Shown here: piece by piece, positions 1 to 12,053 of the stretch
Layout: each line of letters starts with the position of its first letter
Position numbering within the stretch: the stretch's first letter is position 1
Assembly (NCBI GenBank): GCA_030704615.1
Contig: CM060733.1
Location: 19,964,001-20,028,000, forward strand
Source: Takakia lepidozioides
Lineage: Eukaryota > Plantae > Bryophyta
Direction: 5' to 3'
DNA: 64,000 nucleotides
Notes under the pieces: generated by a model
Database searches by the model: none
What the model saw: only the letters and a program-made list of their open reading frames with translations
Told to the model about the DNA's origin: nothing
Program-made: the position numbers and the translations under genes

Positions 1-665
1 CTAGTGAATATGTGCAAAGTGGGGGAATGTGGCATATGCACGTCGAGTGTTTGACAAACTGCGTGAATGAAATTTCTCTACATGGAATATTATGGTAGGA
101 CATCATCAAAAGCCGGGATTCTCCCAGATCTTATTCTGGAGACTGCCCTTGTTGGCATGCTGGCAGCACGAATGATGCGCAACAAGTGTTCGACAGCATG
201 GCCCAACGAAATGGGGTCATGAGGAATGTCATGATTGCAGATGATTGCTACAAATGTTTGCAGTCGGGAGAAGTAGCTAGGAAGCAAACAGGGTTTTGTC
301 CAACACATTCTTCCACTGCTTCTGCCAGCCTAGGAGCCCTGGAAAATGTCAAAGAGCAAAGTGTTTGACGATTATCGTTCAACAAAATGTGGTCTCAAGG
401 ACTGGTACGATTGGAGGATATCCCCCTGAGATTGGGCTTGGTAGGGAGGCTTTGGATTTGTATGAACAGATATGCAACAATTGTGAGACCCAATTTAGGG
501 TAACGTACATTTGTAGTTCGCAGTCCTAGAAGGGGAATGATGTCCATGCCAAAATCATTAAAGCTCGAATTGCTTCAAATCAATTTGGACAACACTCTTG
601 TTGGATGTGCGACAAATGTGGGAGCGTGAAGGGTGTCAAGCATTTGACAGTACGCTTGAACGAGC
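1..665 (+). pseudogene. Degenerate PLS-class pentatricopeptide-repeat (PPR) gene fragment
   Basis: Frameshifted pieces read as PPR motifs: 'FDSMAQRNGVMRNVMI' and 'ASASLGALENVK' (ORF 186-368), and an 'NTLV-(M)-DKCGSV...FDS.LER'-like stretch at ~590-665. Many stops and frameshifts. Confidence 0.65.
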
Positions 666-679
666 ACGGAATAAATCAG

Positions 680-876
680 GCCACGTACACACTACAGCTC
701 TGAAACGTGGCAGCGGCAGCGCGCCATGTCAGGGACGCTAACGGCCGCGACCTGTGATAACCGGTTACCATAGCCCACACTTGCCGATATATGGAAGCCC
801 ACATGTGTGAACCGGCTGTGACCAGTGGAGGAGTGACACACAGCTGCCCTGCTCCCTGCTGCTGGAGGGTATATAA
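680..876 (+). promoter_or_regulatory. ABA-responsive promoter of the Em/LEA gene: two ABREs plus TATA box
   Basis: GCCACGT at 680-686 and ACGTGGC at 705-711 (ABRE cores in opposite orientations), TATATAA at 870-876. A likely 5'UTR intron (GT at 964, AG at 1514) links this promoter to the ATG at 1539. Confidence 0.65.
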
Positions 877-1538
877 CGGCTAGAGCCGCCATCAACTGCA
901 GCACACCACACTCTTCCTGTACTAGTGCTTTCTGTCTGTAGAAGTGTATCTGTGTTTGTACAGGTGCGGGCCTCTTGATCGAGTTTGGTGTTAAGTTTGA
1001 GGTGAGGACTGCATTTGTGCATGTCAGCTACTTGACCTCTCAGAGTGCTTCGAATGTCTTGGCCAGACGTAAAGTAGGTAGGTGTCAGCAGTTTTAGTTG
1101 TGAGCCGAACGAGCTGTAACAGTTAGTATGGGTCGGGTACATTATGTATGCGAGAACTGAGAGCCAGGAAGAGGGTAGCTTGAAGCGACCTTCACATTTG
1201 CAAACTTTAGTTTATGAAAATTGGATATCTTGTGCCGGCCATACTTTTCGTGGATTGATAGAGAAAAAACCTGATGGGTATTTCCAATCCGGAAAAGATG
1301 GTTCAAACAGATGAGTGGTAGTGTTCAAGTGTCTGTTATCTGCGTTTAAAAGTGTACTTCCAAAAATGGTTGTTAATTCCTGGCTGCTGTTGATCGAAGA
1401 TCAACAGCTACATTTTTCGTCCACGCCTGTTTTCTCGCATTGACTCACTACATTAAATGATTGTATCGTCTTTTTTTATTATACGTTTGATCGCCAGACG
1501 AATTTCATGTGCAGGGAAAGAGCAGCTAAGTGAAGACA

Positions 1539-2112
1539 ATGTCGTCTTAATCGGAGAGGAGCGAGCTCGATGCCAGAGCTCACGCCGGTGAAACTGTGGT
1601 GGAGGGAGGTACCGGTGGTCTGAGTGTGTACGCCCAGGAGCGCTTGGCTGAGAGTATGAGCATTTCGTATAGGATTTATGTGCCATGAATTTGTTAACTG
1701 TAGTACTTAGTCTCATCCGCCGCTTGAAAGAATGTGATCGCGGAAGAGAGGAAATTGGAGCAAGTTTGTTCTGTGGTTTTCTTCTAGTGACCAGTATTCG
1801 TACTTTACTGTCGAGTGTTTGACATGCCATAGCACACTGCGTCTTGACGCTGTCTGTAAAAGCCTCAAAGATTTTATAATCTAATATTATCGTCTGAAGT
1901 GGAATGTTTACGCTTATTTGTTGGATATTGAATCTCTTAAATATGCAGGTCGTAGCAAGGGAGGAAAGACTCGATCTGAGCAGCTGGGGAAGGAAGGTTA
2001 TCAGGAAATGGGCCGCAAGGGTGGACTTGCAACAAACGAGCAGTCTGGAGGAGCAGCTGCTGCAGAAAAGGGAATCGAAATCGATGAATCGAAATTTAAG
2101 AACAATATGTGA
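1539..2112 (+). pseudogene. Em: Group 1 LEA (Em-like, LEA_5) gene, 2 coding exons, premature stop at codon 4
   Basis: Exon 1 (1539-1653) reads MSS*SERSELDARAHAGETVVEGGTGGLSVYAQERLAE. GT-AG intron 1654-1948. Exon 2 (1949-2112) reads (S)[34 protein letters not shown]...[12 protein letters not shown] at 1548-1550 sits where Em proteins have Gln. Confidence 0.9.
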
Positions 2113-2442
2113 AGCTGACATCATGCCATTGATGCCAGTGTTCACAAATTCCTATGGGTAGTTCGCCCATGGGTTGGACTTGTACAGAATTGCAAATATA
2201 TCGTGTAGTAGTTTTTTGAAAGCCGTGCAGTTCTCTGAACTACAGAACTTGCAAAATACGTAGTCGTTACATGTTCGTTGGGGATGGTGGCTATTGCACG
2301 TACACGGAGGCTGTACTCTGCACTCTGCAGGAAGAATATGCTTGAATGGTTTTGATGTCGAAAGTATTATGTGTTCATAGCACTGAGTCTATCTATATCC
2401 TTTAAAATGGCTGTTAATTTCTCAAATTGTGCATGGTGCTAA

Positions 2443-2754
2443 TGTTGGAAGTAATTAAACATATCTAAAAAACTAAGAGTTCTGAATGCCAAAGGTTTAA
2501 AAGAGACTATATAAGAAACTATTTTGTTTAACTCACCTTTGGAAGGTGAATGGCTAGAAGGTGAATAGTCACCATAGTGGAAGTGAAAGTGACCAAGTAC
2601 AACTTTTTAAAAACCTTCTTGTACAAGCGCGGGGTGAAACTACTAGTCTAAGTGTAAGAGTATGATGGTGGCTTCTATGGTTGGGAGGAGAGCTTTAGTT
2701 TTAGCTTTAGTCTAAAACTTTAATTCTTGTTTATGTTTTTGTTCAATTCTAACA
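2443..2754 (+). repeat. 5' LTR of copia element
   Basis: TG...CA termini, PBS immediately downstream, 5' part repeated at 6874-6992. Confidence 0.85.
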
Positions 2755-2815
2755 TGGTATTAGAGCCATTCTTCTCTAGGTAAGAGTTGGTAGTTGAGAT
2801 TGAGAAAACTTCATT

Positions 2816-5800
2816 ATGGATGGAGTGTTGTCTTCTAGCAATCCTCCTTCTATGTCTATGACGAGTGCATTAGATGTGAAAGTGAAAGATCGATTCAATT
2901 GAGCTAACTATCAAATTTGGAAGTTGAAGATGGAAATGGTACTTCTAGACAAAGATCTATGCGGAGTGATTGATGTATCAGTCCCAAGACCCGACACTAT
3001 TGTTGGCCAAACCATATAGGATAGGAAAGATCAGAAAGCAAAAGCTAGCATCATCACAAACTTGAGAGACAATCAGTTGCATCTCATTATAAGTGCTAAG
3101 AATGCTAAGGATGTTTGGGACAAGCTAGCAAGCATATATGAGACGAAGGCTGTCATATCGCAAGTGTATGCGTCGCAAAAGTTCTATAGTCTGAAGATGA
3201 CTGAGTCAGACTCAGTTGAACAACACTTGAATTTGTTTTGTGTGTTGCGAGATCAACTAGTCTCTGTGGAAACTAATATGACTGATGCACACGCCGCAGT
3301 GGTGTTATTGGCAACCTTACATGAATCCTATGATGGTTTTGTGGTCTCTCTAGCAGGACCAACCAACTTAACTATTGATGTTGTCATAGGACTTCTCCTC
3401 AAGGAGGAAACAAAAAGAAAAGGTCAAGGTACGTCTACAGAGGTAGACAGATCTTTGTCCACAGGCAAGACTGGAGTAGTCTTGAATAGAAGACTCCATT
3501 TACATGTGTCTCAGAAGTCCCAGAGATTTCAGAAACCTTAATCTAGCTCAAAGATAAAAAAGACCAAAGTAAGGTGCTTTTATTGCAAGAAACTTGGTCA
3601 CATGATCAAGGATTGTAGAAAGCGCATTGCAGATGAGCGCAGCAGAGAAGGTGAAGGGAACATAGCAGAGGAACGCTATTCTATTTGTTGTGTCTCTCTC
3701 AGCCACTACTAGACAGACGCATGTGTGGTATGTTGATTCAGGAGCATCTCAACATATGAGTTCAGAGAGAAATGATTTCTTATCCTATAGATCTATTTCA
3801 TCTACACAATATGTTCTTTTGGGAGATGATAGCAAGCATGTCATTAGTGGGGAAGGCTCAGTCTCTCTTATGCTCAATGAAGGGGTAACCATAGAGGTGG
3901 AAAATGTCTTATATGTCCCTACTTTAACAAAAAACCTGTTGTTGGTAAGGCAAATTGTTGCAAAGGGATACAGAGTGGTATTCCAAGATGAGAGTTGTAC
4001 TATCACAAATAGCTCAGGAGCTGTGGTAGCAAGAGCTATTCTTGATAATTGCTTGTATAGATTACAACATCATATCTCTAGTGCTCTTACCACATTTTCA
4101 CCACAGTTGGGATCTACACCTGTTATGTCATAAACAGAGTTGTGGCATAGAAGGATAGGTCATATGAGCATTAAGAAGTTGAGATAGATGCAACTCTCAA
4201 GCCATCTTGTGGAAGGACTACCATTGAAGGAGATGAACGATATGCGTCTATGCAAAGGTTGCTTGGAAGGGAAGCAACATCGAGGTCAATTTCCTAAGGA
4301 TGGTGGACGAAGAGCCACAAGTATATTGGAGATTGTACATTCTGATGTGTGCGGGCCAATGCAAACCACATCACTTAGAGAAGCAAGGTACTTTGTAACA
4401 TTCATTGATGATTTGTCAAGGAGGGTTGTGGTGAATTTCCTAAGGCAGAAAAGTCAAGTGCTAGAGAAATTCAAGGAGTTCAAAGTACTTGAAGAAAAAC
4501 AAACTGGAAAGCCTCTTAAGATTTTGAGATCTGACAATGGTGGTGAATACATCTCAAAGGCTTTCAATCAGTTTTGTCAAGAGAATGGAATAGCTCGACA
4601 GCTTACTGTTCCATATATACCTGAGCAGAATGGTGTAGCTGAGCGGATGAATAGATCACTACAAGAATCTGCAAAGAGTATGTTGAAAGAAGTGAATCTT
4701 TCAAATCATTTTTGGGCAGAAGCTATTGACACTGCAGCATATCTTCACAACAGAATACCTACCAAATCAGTGTTGGGAAAAACACCAGAAGAGGTATGGA
4801 GTAGTCAGAAGCCTAGTATGGCTCATTGTAGGATTTTTGGATGTCGTGCATATGTCCATATCCATACTCAGAAGCGAAGGAAACTTGACTCCAAATCAGA
4901 AGGATGCATCTTCATTGGCTACACAGAAGGTGTGAAGGGATATAAGTTGTTTAATAAGACAACTAAGACTGTCAAACACATTAGGGACGTAGTGTTTGAT
5001 GAAGGCTTCATACCCTCTTTGGTAGTGGGAGAAGATGACATGGGAATAAGCTTAGAGCCATTACACCATTTCCAAAAGGAGTCTGATGAGGAGCAAATAC
5101 AAGAGATGGCTGAAGCAAATGATAGAGGTATTCAACGTGATGGAGTTGATCAAGGAGTCGAAGTTGGTAAACCACTTGTTGATATGGACTCTAGAGATGA
5201 AGTTGAAGATGTGCCAATTCTAAGGAGATCTCAGCGGGAAAGAAAAGCTCCTAGTAGGCTGATTACATCTATGAGTGCCATTGAAGCTATGGAAGAAGCA
5301 TCACAAGTGGTTGAGCCTGTTACATATGAGAAAGCGATGCGCTCTCCAGACAAACTACAATGGGAAGAAGCAATCAACTCAGAGTTGGATTCATTGATGC
5401 AAAACAACGCATGGACACTCCCTAGGTTGTCTGCAGGACAAAGAGCCATTGGTTGCAAGTGGATCTTCAAATTGAACTACAAAGCTGATGGATCTATTTA
5501 CCGGTTCAAAGCTCGTCTTGTAGCTAAAAGCTATGCACAAATTCAAGGAGTGGATTACAATGAAACCTTCTCACAGATTTCTTCTATCAGAGTGTTGTTA
5601 GCTCTTGCAGCTCAACAAGATCACGAAGTTCATCAAATGGATGTTAAGACCGCATTTCTGAATGGAGAAATACAAGAGATCTACATGAGACAACCTGAAG
5701 GGTTTGTACAAAGAGGAAGTGATATTGTGTGTAAGCTGCAAAAGAGTTTGTATGGACTCAAACAAAGTCCTCGAGCTTGGTATGCTAGGATCGATGCTTA

Positions 5801-6830
5801 CCTCTTAAAGGCAAGATTTGAGCGAAGCATTGCTGACACAAACATCTATGTGAAAAAGATGGGCGAGCAATTTGTGGTCATAACTCTATATGTGGATGAC
5901 ACAATCATTGTCACCAACAATCGTCAAAGGTTGTTGCCAGAAACCAAAGCACTGTTGAGTGCTGAGTTGGCCATGACTGACATGGGTGAGATTCGGTTCT
6001 GTCTTGGTATTCAAATCAGCAGAGATCGAGTGAACCATACAGTATTCATGCATCAACGACAATACATTGAGACAATTCTACAAAGGTTTAAGTTGGAGAT
6101 GAGTAAGCCAACATCAACTCCTCTCGAAGTTGGTTTGAAACTTACGAAAGATATGGCACCTAAGACTCAAGAAGAGCAAGAGGATATGAGGAAAACTCCT
6201 TATCAAAGCGCAATCGGCAGTTTGATGTATTGCATGGTTTGTACTAGGCCAGACATTGCACATTCAGTGGGAGTGGTCTCACAATTTCTTTCAAGTCCCG
6301 GACAAACCCATTGGAAAGCAGTGAAGAGGATATTTCGATATCTAAGAGGAACATCAACCTTTGGTCTACTCTACAAGAGAGTGGAAGATCCAAGTTTGTT
6401 GGGGTTTGCTGATGCTGACTGGGCATGAGACGTTGATAGTAGAAAATCAACTTCAGGCCATTGTTTTCTCATAGCAGGTGGAGCTGTATCTTGGTTTAGC
6501 AAACGACAAGTTGCAACAGCGTTGTCATCAACAGAAGCTGAATACATGTCCATTACACAAGCAGCAAAGGAAGCTATTTGGTTACGGAAGTTGCTTGGAG
6601 ATTTGGATCATCTCCAATCACTACCTACGACTCTCTATTGTGACAATCAAAGTGCGATTGCACTAAGTCAGAATCCGAAGTATCATTCAAGGACGAAGCA
6701 CATTGAAGTGCAACATCACTCGTACGGGAAGTTGTATGCAAGGGAGAGATCAAGATGATCTATTGTGCTACAGGAGATATGGTTGCGGATGTTTTGACTT
6801 ACCACAAACAAAACACATGAAGTGTTTAGC
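2816..6830 (+). pseudogene. Copia gag-pol polyprotein (disrupted)
   Basis: Gag (ORF 3062-3541), CCHC knuckle CFYCKKLGHMIKDC (~3575-3616), protease WYVDSGASQHM, integrase VHSDVCGP/LRSDNGGEY/EQNGVAER, RT HQMDVKTAFLNG/LYVDD, RNase H ADADWA/SSTEAEY. Several stops and frameshifts. Confidence 0.93.
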
Positions 6831-6873
6831 CTTACTTGGTGTCTCTTCTCCAAAGACAAACGAAGTAGCTCAA

Positions 6874-6992
6874 TGTTGGAAATAATTAAACATATCTAGA
6901 AGACTAAGAGTCTTGAAGGCCAAAGGTTTAAGTCTAAGAGACTATCTTGTTTAACTCACCTTTGGAAGGTGAATGGCTAGAAGGTGGATGGT
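6874..6992 (+). repeat. Truncated 3' LTR of copia element
   Basis: tgttggaa-taattaaacatatcta...ttaactcacctttggaaggtgaatggctagaaggtg matches 2443-2565. Confidence 0.8.
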
Positions 6993-7672
6993 CAGTACCA
7001 ATACTGAATTTAAACTCTTGGCACTCTTGTCAAGTGATATATTCTGTGGTGAGGATTGCAACAACCCTGCAAACAGTCACCACAAAAATGTTATAATGAT
7101 AGTTGATATATGTAGGTTGATCTCTTCATCATTTTCCTAGTTGTATGCTATATTTCTATAACTCGATGAAAATAGATGTCTCCAGAATAGCATGCTCGTA
7201 GAGTATAGCTTTACCTACTGCACTAAACATAGCGTTAGCTATTTCAGGAATAGCGAGTCCCGGTATAAGAGAAGAGACAAGCTTCAAGCTTCTTCAATCT
7301 TCCTGCGTGGTTGGGAGGAGAGCTCTTAAAGACCCCAATACTTCTTTAGTTTTGCATCCTGCATATTTCCAGCATCCCACCGCTACTCCCCCGCCGAAAT
7401 TCGGACCAATCAAAAATGCCCCCAAAAAGGGGTGTTCTCTTCGTTCACTATTGCATAACTCTCTAGGAAGAGTGCACGAAGTAGAACACAAATCAAGTTT
7501 GGAGTGCAAAACAGGGAAGAAACTGTGGTTTTGGGTCCAAATGAATTTGGATCGCTCCCAAATTTGGCACGCACGTCAGCTTGTCATATCATTGCTCCAT
7601 CGTCACATCAGTATGCCATAGGGAACAAGAGATAGTCGCCCTAGATTGTGTTCGTGGGTTTTTATTACAACA

Positions 7673-8898
7673 TGGTACCAGAGTTCAACTACAACTACAA
7701 TATGGTACTAGAGTTCAACCGCCGCGCCGATCAGTTTGAGCAAGCCTCGACGGTGGCTCGATTGGCGAACCAAGTCAGTTCAGTTGAAGCCTCCTTGGCG
7801 GCGATGCAGCGAGAAACTCAACTCGGTTTATTTTCAATTAAAGCAAGCCAAACCCAGATGCAAGCGTCTTTGGCGGCGATGCAGCAAGAAAGTCCACTCG
7901 GTTTATGTTCAATTAAAGCATGCCAAGCCCAGATGCAAGACTCTAATTTGGCGGCGATGCAGCGAGAATCTCAAGTCCACGAAATTCAACAAGGTTTACC
8001 GACAAATCGAATTAGTTCAATTGAAGCAAGCCAATCCCTGATGTAAGTCTCCAATTTGATGGTGACGCAGTAAGAATCTCAACGCCAAGGTTTACTAACA
8101 AAAATTGAAGAAGCAAACCAAGCCCAGAAGCAAGTCTCTTTGGCGTCGATGCAGCAAGAACGTCTACAAGGTTTACCGGCAAATCGAATGAGTTCAATTG
8201 AAGCAAGCCAAGCCCAGATGCAAACCTCCAATTTGCCGGCGACGCAGCGAGAATCTCAACTCCACGGTTTACAGACAAACCAAGTTAGTTCTATTAAAGA
8301 AGCAAACCAAGCCCAAAAGCAAGCCTCTTTGGCGGGAATGCAGCAAGTCGAACTTCCACAAGGTTTACCGGCAAACCGAACTAGTTCAACTCATGAAGCA
8401 AGCCAAGCCCAGACGCAAGCCTCTTTGGTGGTGATGCAACAAGAATTTCAACAAGGTCTACCAGAGAACCGAGTTAGATCAATTGAAGCAAGCCAATCCC
8501 AGCTTGCCTCTTTGGTGGCGGCGCTGCAGCGAGACATTGCGACTGTCGTTGCCAATATGAATTCTCGAGACATGCAAGAGCAGGCCACATACAGTCGGCC
8601 TGTGCTGAATTAGCCAAAAACCGAGACCGCCCACAGGAATATAGCTGAAGAGGCAACTGAACCATCTGCGGCTGGAGCCTACATGAGGATCCGCGTCCTC
8701 AAGGTCATTCAAAGGCTGCAGTTCATGTCACTGTCGTCGAGCCCGGATGCTTCAGCTTTACTTGACGACATCAAGGATGTTGTCCGCGGCACTCGTGTGG
8801 AAGCCCAAGTAGCAGCATTCACTCCTGCGTGTTTGCTGCTCCCATATTTCAGGAACCGATTGATTGAGGATTTGAGAACTCTTCAAACGCAAGAGTGA
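7673..8898 (+). pseudogene. Gln/Ser-rich tandem-repeat ORF behind a tRNA-Met-like PBS (probable gag-like ORF of another LTR element)
   Basis: ...ACAACA|TGGTACCAGAG at 7673-7683 (repeated at ~7703). About 8 imperfect repeats of 'SSIEASQAQMQ.SLAAMQ.E.Q.GL'. ORFs 8140-8613 and 8683-8898 are in the same frame across one TAG. Confidence 0.45.
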
Positions 8899-8939
8899 GC
8901 GTTTCGCAGGTCTGATCATTTGGTATCAACGAGGCCTAC

Positions 8940-9868
8940 TGTTGAATGGGATGTTTTCTGCAACTCCAATACACTAGATCAGCTCTCTAGATCAGTGCCA
9001 GCTTTGTAGGATGTCACCACTGCACCACCGCACCTTCTAGTGGTGACTTAACTAGGGCTCCAATACTATCATGCCACTGCAGCTCTATATATACCTCAGC
9101 TAGTATGGAGCGAACTCTCTCTCCAGATTGTTATATGCAATTAGCCTCATGATGCTTTTTGGCAAAAAGACACTTCAAGGTTAATCTAGCTTTGTCTGCA
9201 AAGTGTGTAGTGGTGTGTAGTACTGGTTCTTGATTGCACTAATTATTCATTGTTTGCTATGTAGAGTTTGTGTCATGTATGTCTCTTTTTTAGTGAACTT
9301 ACAACCACTACATTTAACAGGTTATGGGCCCACGCTTCTAGCTGGGTGCTTTGTTTTGTTCTATTGTATTCTTTATTTACATTCTCTTTCATAGTTTTTG
9401 CCTTTTGCTTTCCTGTTGAAATGAGTCTTCAAGCACAGTATGATAGAGCAGTCTCATAGTGCAGTAGGTGATTCGCTTAAGATATTTATTAAAAAAAAAC
9501 GAATCTGAGAGAGCAGCGCCATGGAGGTGGCAAAAGAGTTAAGTAATATCGAGAGATTCAATGGTGAGGGTTTTGCCATGTGGAAGTATCAGATGAAAGC
9601 AATTTTTAGAGGAAACGAGCTTATGTCCGTTGTTGATGCGACTAAGCCAAAGCCAGCCAAAGTGCATGGAGTCACCGGACGTAGATCCTGACCCAGTAGC
9701 AATGACTAAATGGTTGAAGCGTGACAATCAAGCGATTGGTCTTCTATGCTAGGCAATGGATTGAAGACAGCTAATGGGTTGAGAGACATCAGCCGCTTTC
9801 TGACAGAAGCTCAGCATCGTGCATGAGCAACGATCAGCAAAGAATGTTTTTTGCCTTCAAGAACGAGT
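8940..9868 (+). mobile_element. 5' fragment of a second copia element with half-tRNA-Met PBS (Osser/Bryco-like)
   Basis: LTR TGTTG (8940)...AACA (9319), then GGTTATGGGCCC (9320-9331), the internal-tRNAiMet primer site known from Drosophila copia. Gag N-terminus from ATG 9521 (MEVAKELSNIERFNGEGFAMWKYQMKAIF...KWLKRDNQAIGLL) breaks off at ~9868. Confidence 0.75.
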
Positions 9869-10123
9869 GGATGGAGATTTCTTCAAACACTCCGAAGTTT
9901 TCAAGCCAGACGCGCGACATAAATCATCCACTTGTTTTTTCCTTTTATAGATTTGGACGTTGAGTGCACGAGGGGATGATATGATGTCATTTGGAGATAC
10001 ATCCGGACTTGATATCTTCATATCCTGAATTGAACGTCAAATACTGAGATTGCGTTGGATTATAATGCAGGAGAAGACGCCGCTTCACTTCACCCAATCT
10101 TACCTAGAGTAAAACAAGATCAT

Positions 10124-10163
<40 letters not shown>

Positions 10164-10865
10164 GAATGAGGAAGACAAAACAAAAAAAGTATAGGCAATA
10201 ATTCACCTTGTTCCTCCTCAAGTGTCCATGTGTCCATCCATGATGTTGTGGGGTAAACGTTGGGATTTTCCTTCGGGGCAAGTCGTCCACTTGTTGTACA
10301 TCGTCAATACCTGAATGAGTTGTAATTGGACTGACGTTGTGTTCAATGGATTGATGATATCGCCCATCATCAAGCTTGTTAACCTCTTCAAGACAACGTT
10401 CCACCACAGCAAGAAAGATCTCTAATGGTTGACTGTCACTCTGTTGAGTGATAATCTTGTTTTCGCTCAAATCCTCCATCTGAGATCTAATAGACTCAAG
10501 TCTTGTGGAAACTCCATTGTCACATTCAATAACACGGTGTTCTTGAACATTTTGTACAGACTTTGAAACCTGTAATAGACAGGACATGATCAAATGAGAC
10601 TCAACCTTGATACATCCTCGACATTACTGTCGAAGTTACTGGAAAGTACACTTAATGGACAACACAGGTTCTATGATAAAGCAACGTCATCAAACAATAA
10701 AACACTTAAAAGTTTTTAGTTACTTACAATCTTAGCACTCATACGGAACAACAACGATGTAAGCCTGCAAAACATGTTAGATTGAACGTTTACTCAAAAT
10801 TTGCACAAAGTGAATATGTACATTTATTTTACATGGGGTTCTAGAACCCCAAATTGTATATCCAA

Positions 10866-11604
10866 TCATTCACAAATAAGATAATCGTTGTGAGAGCTCT
10901 TTAGAAAAGATCTAAGATTGTCATATTTAGGGTCAGAAAGGCTCTCGGGTCCAACCCCAATCCGGTTCTTAACAACATAGTCTGGGACATATAATGGACT
11001 CTCTAACATCCCATCAAGAAACTTTTGAAGCACCAACAAGTAGCTGTTGTCGGTCTCAATTGACTCAAATGTCTTCAAGAATAAGCATGACCCTACAGGA
11101 TTGAGTAGACATTTCAGAAGAGTATCATCAATCAGAAGCGTATTTCTGTCATCGAACTTTCCTCTCGTATTCACCCAAAGCCCCGCAAGTGGCTTCAGAA
11201 ACACGTTCGGGGAGTTTATTAATCTATCGTTATAGTTTGGATGGACTTTGCTAGGACACGAAAGGCAATCCTCCTGCGACATAATGAAGTTTGGTTGTGG
11301 TAACCCCTCCAACATGATATCAAGGACGGGCTTGAGGTTCCTTAGCTCCATGCAGCTCCAAATAGCTAGGTGGAATCGCTCATGTAAATGCTTCCACACC
11401 TCTCAATATTTCTTCCGCCTAAAAATCTGCCTTCTAATGACCACAATAAGAACGTTGAAGTCGTTCTCGGAGTATTTAGGCACAGGATTATTAGATCCTT
11501 GAGACCGGATGATTTTGCAGAGAACACCGTTCAGATCAAATATAATCAGACAAGATTTACCACTATCCATAGATAAAGATGTAGCTGGTGGTCGAATCTG
11601 TGGC
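10866..11604 (-). pseudogene. FCP1/SCP (NIF) HAD-phosphatase-like exon (frameshifted)
   Basis: After a splice acceptor at ~11605 the strand reads CLIIFDLNGVLCKI (motif I variant), then RFHLAIWSC, FLKPLAGLW, NTLLIDDTLLKCLLNP (ORF 10866-11399). Confidence 0.75.
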
Positions 11605-12053
11605 TGAATAGAAGAACAGAATAAGGGATTGATTCAGCAGAAAATAAGGTGTCAGTCGAACATATAAAACTTCACCTCGACACTAATGTCGAGGTAATCT
11701 ACCATCCGCGATAAAACCCGGAGTTGCATCCCAATGGTAAAAACGAAGGATATCACTGAAAAATGTGTTCGTACGAGCGTTCGCAATCCTAGGACTTACT
11801 CCCTGTGGCTACATGGCCATACTTACCATGTTAACCACATATTCCATAATATTTGCCTTAACATAACATAATATTTGCCATAACATAAAGCATTTTCCAG
11901 TGTTTCAAATAAAGTCTTGTCGTTGCCACTCTTTCAATGAATCCTAGAATTCAATGGGTTAAGTTGTAAAAAACGCTATAGAGTGCAACCTGATTAGAAA
12001 ACTCAAAACAAAGCAAGGAATACTGATTATAAATATAAGAATAAAGTCATACC

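Larger units (their letters stand above)
2443..6992 (+). mobile_element. Ty1/copia LTR retrotransposon, decayed, 3' LTR truncated
   Basis: 5' LTR TGTTGG...AACA at 2443-2754. PBS TGGTATTAGAGCC at 2755-2767 (tRNA-Met type). A second LTR copy starts at 6874 and matches only ~120 bp. Internal order gag-PR-IN-RT-RH. Confidence 0.92.

Noticed and set aside
1548-1550. Stop codon repaired by U-to-C RNA editing
   Set aside because: Such editing is known for plant organellar transcripts, not for nuclear intron-containing genes.
1453-2145. 230-aa minus-strand ORF
   Set aside because: Antisense shadow of the Em gene and its intron; no motifs.
10125-10161. A37 tract (and T-tract at 57502-57528) as a retrogene or LINE tail
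   Set aside because: No TSD or retrocopy body is adjacent. The A tract is a minus-strand poly-T just upstream of a splice acceptor.
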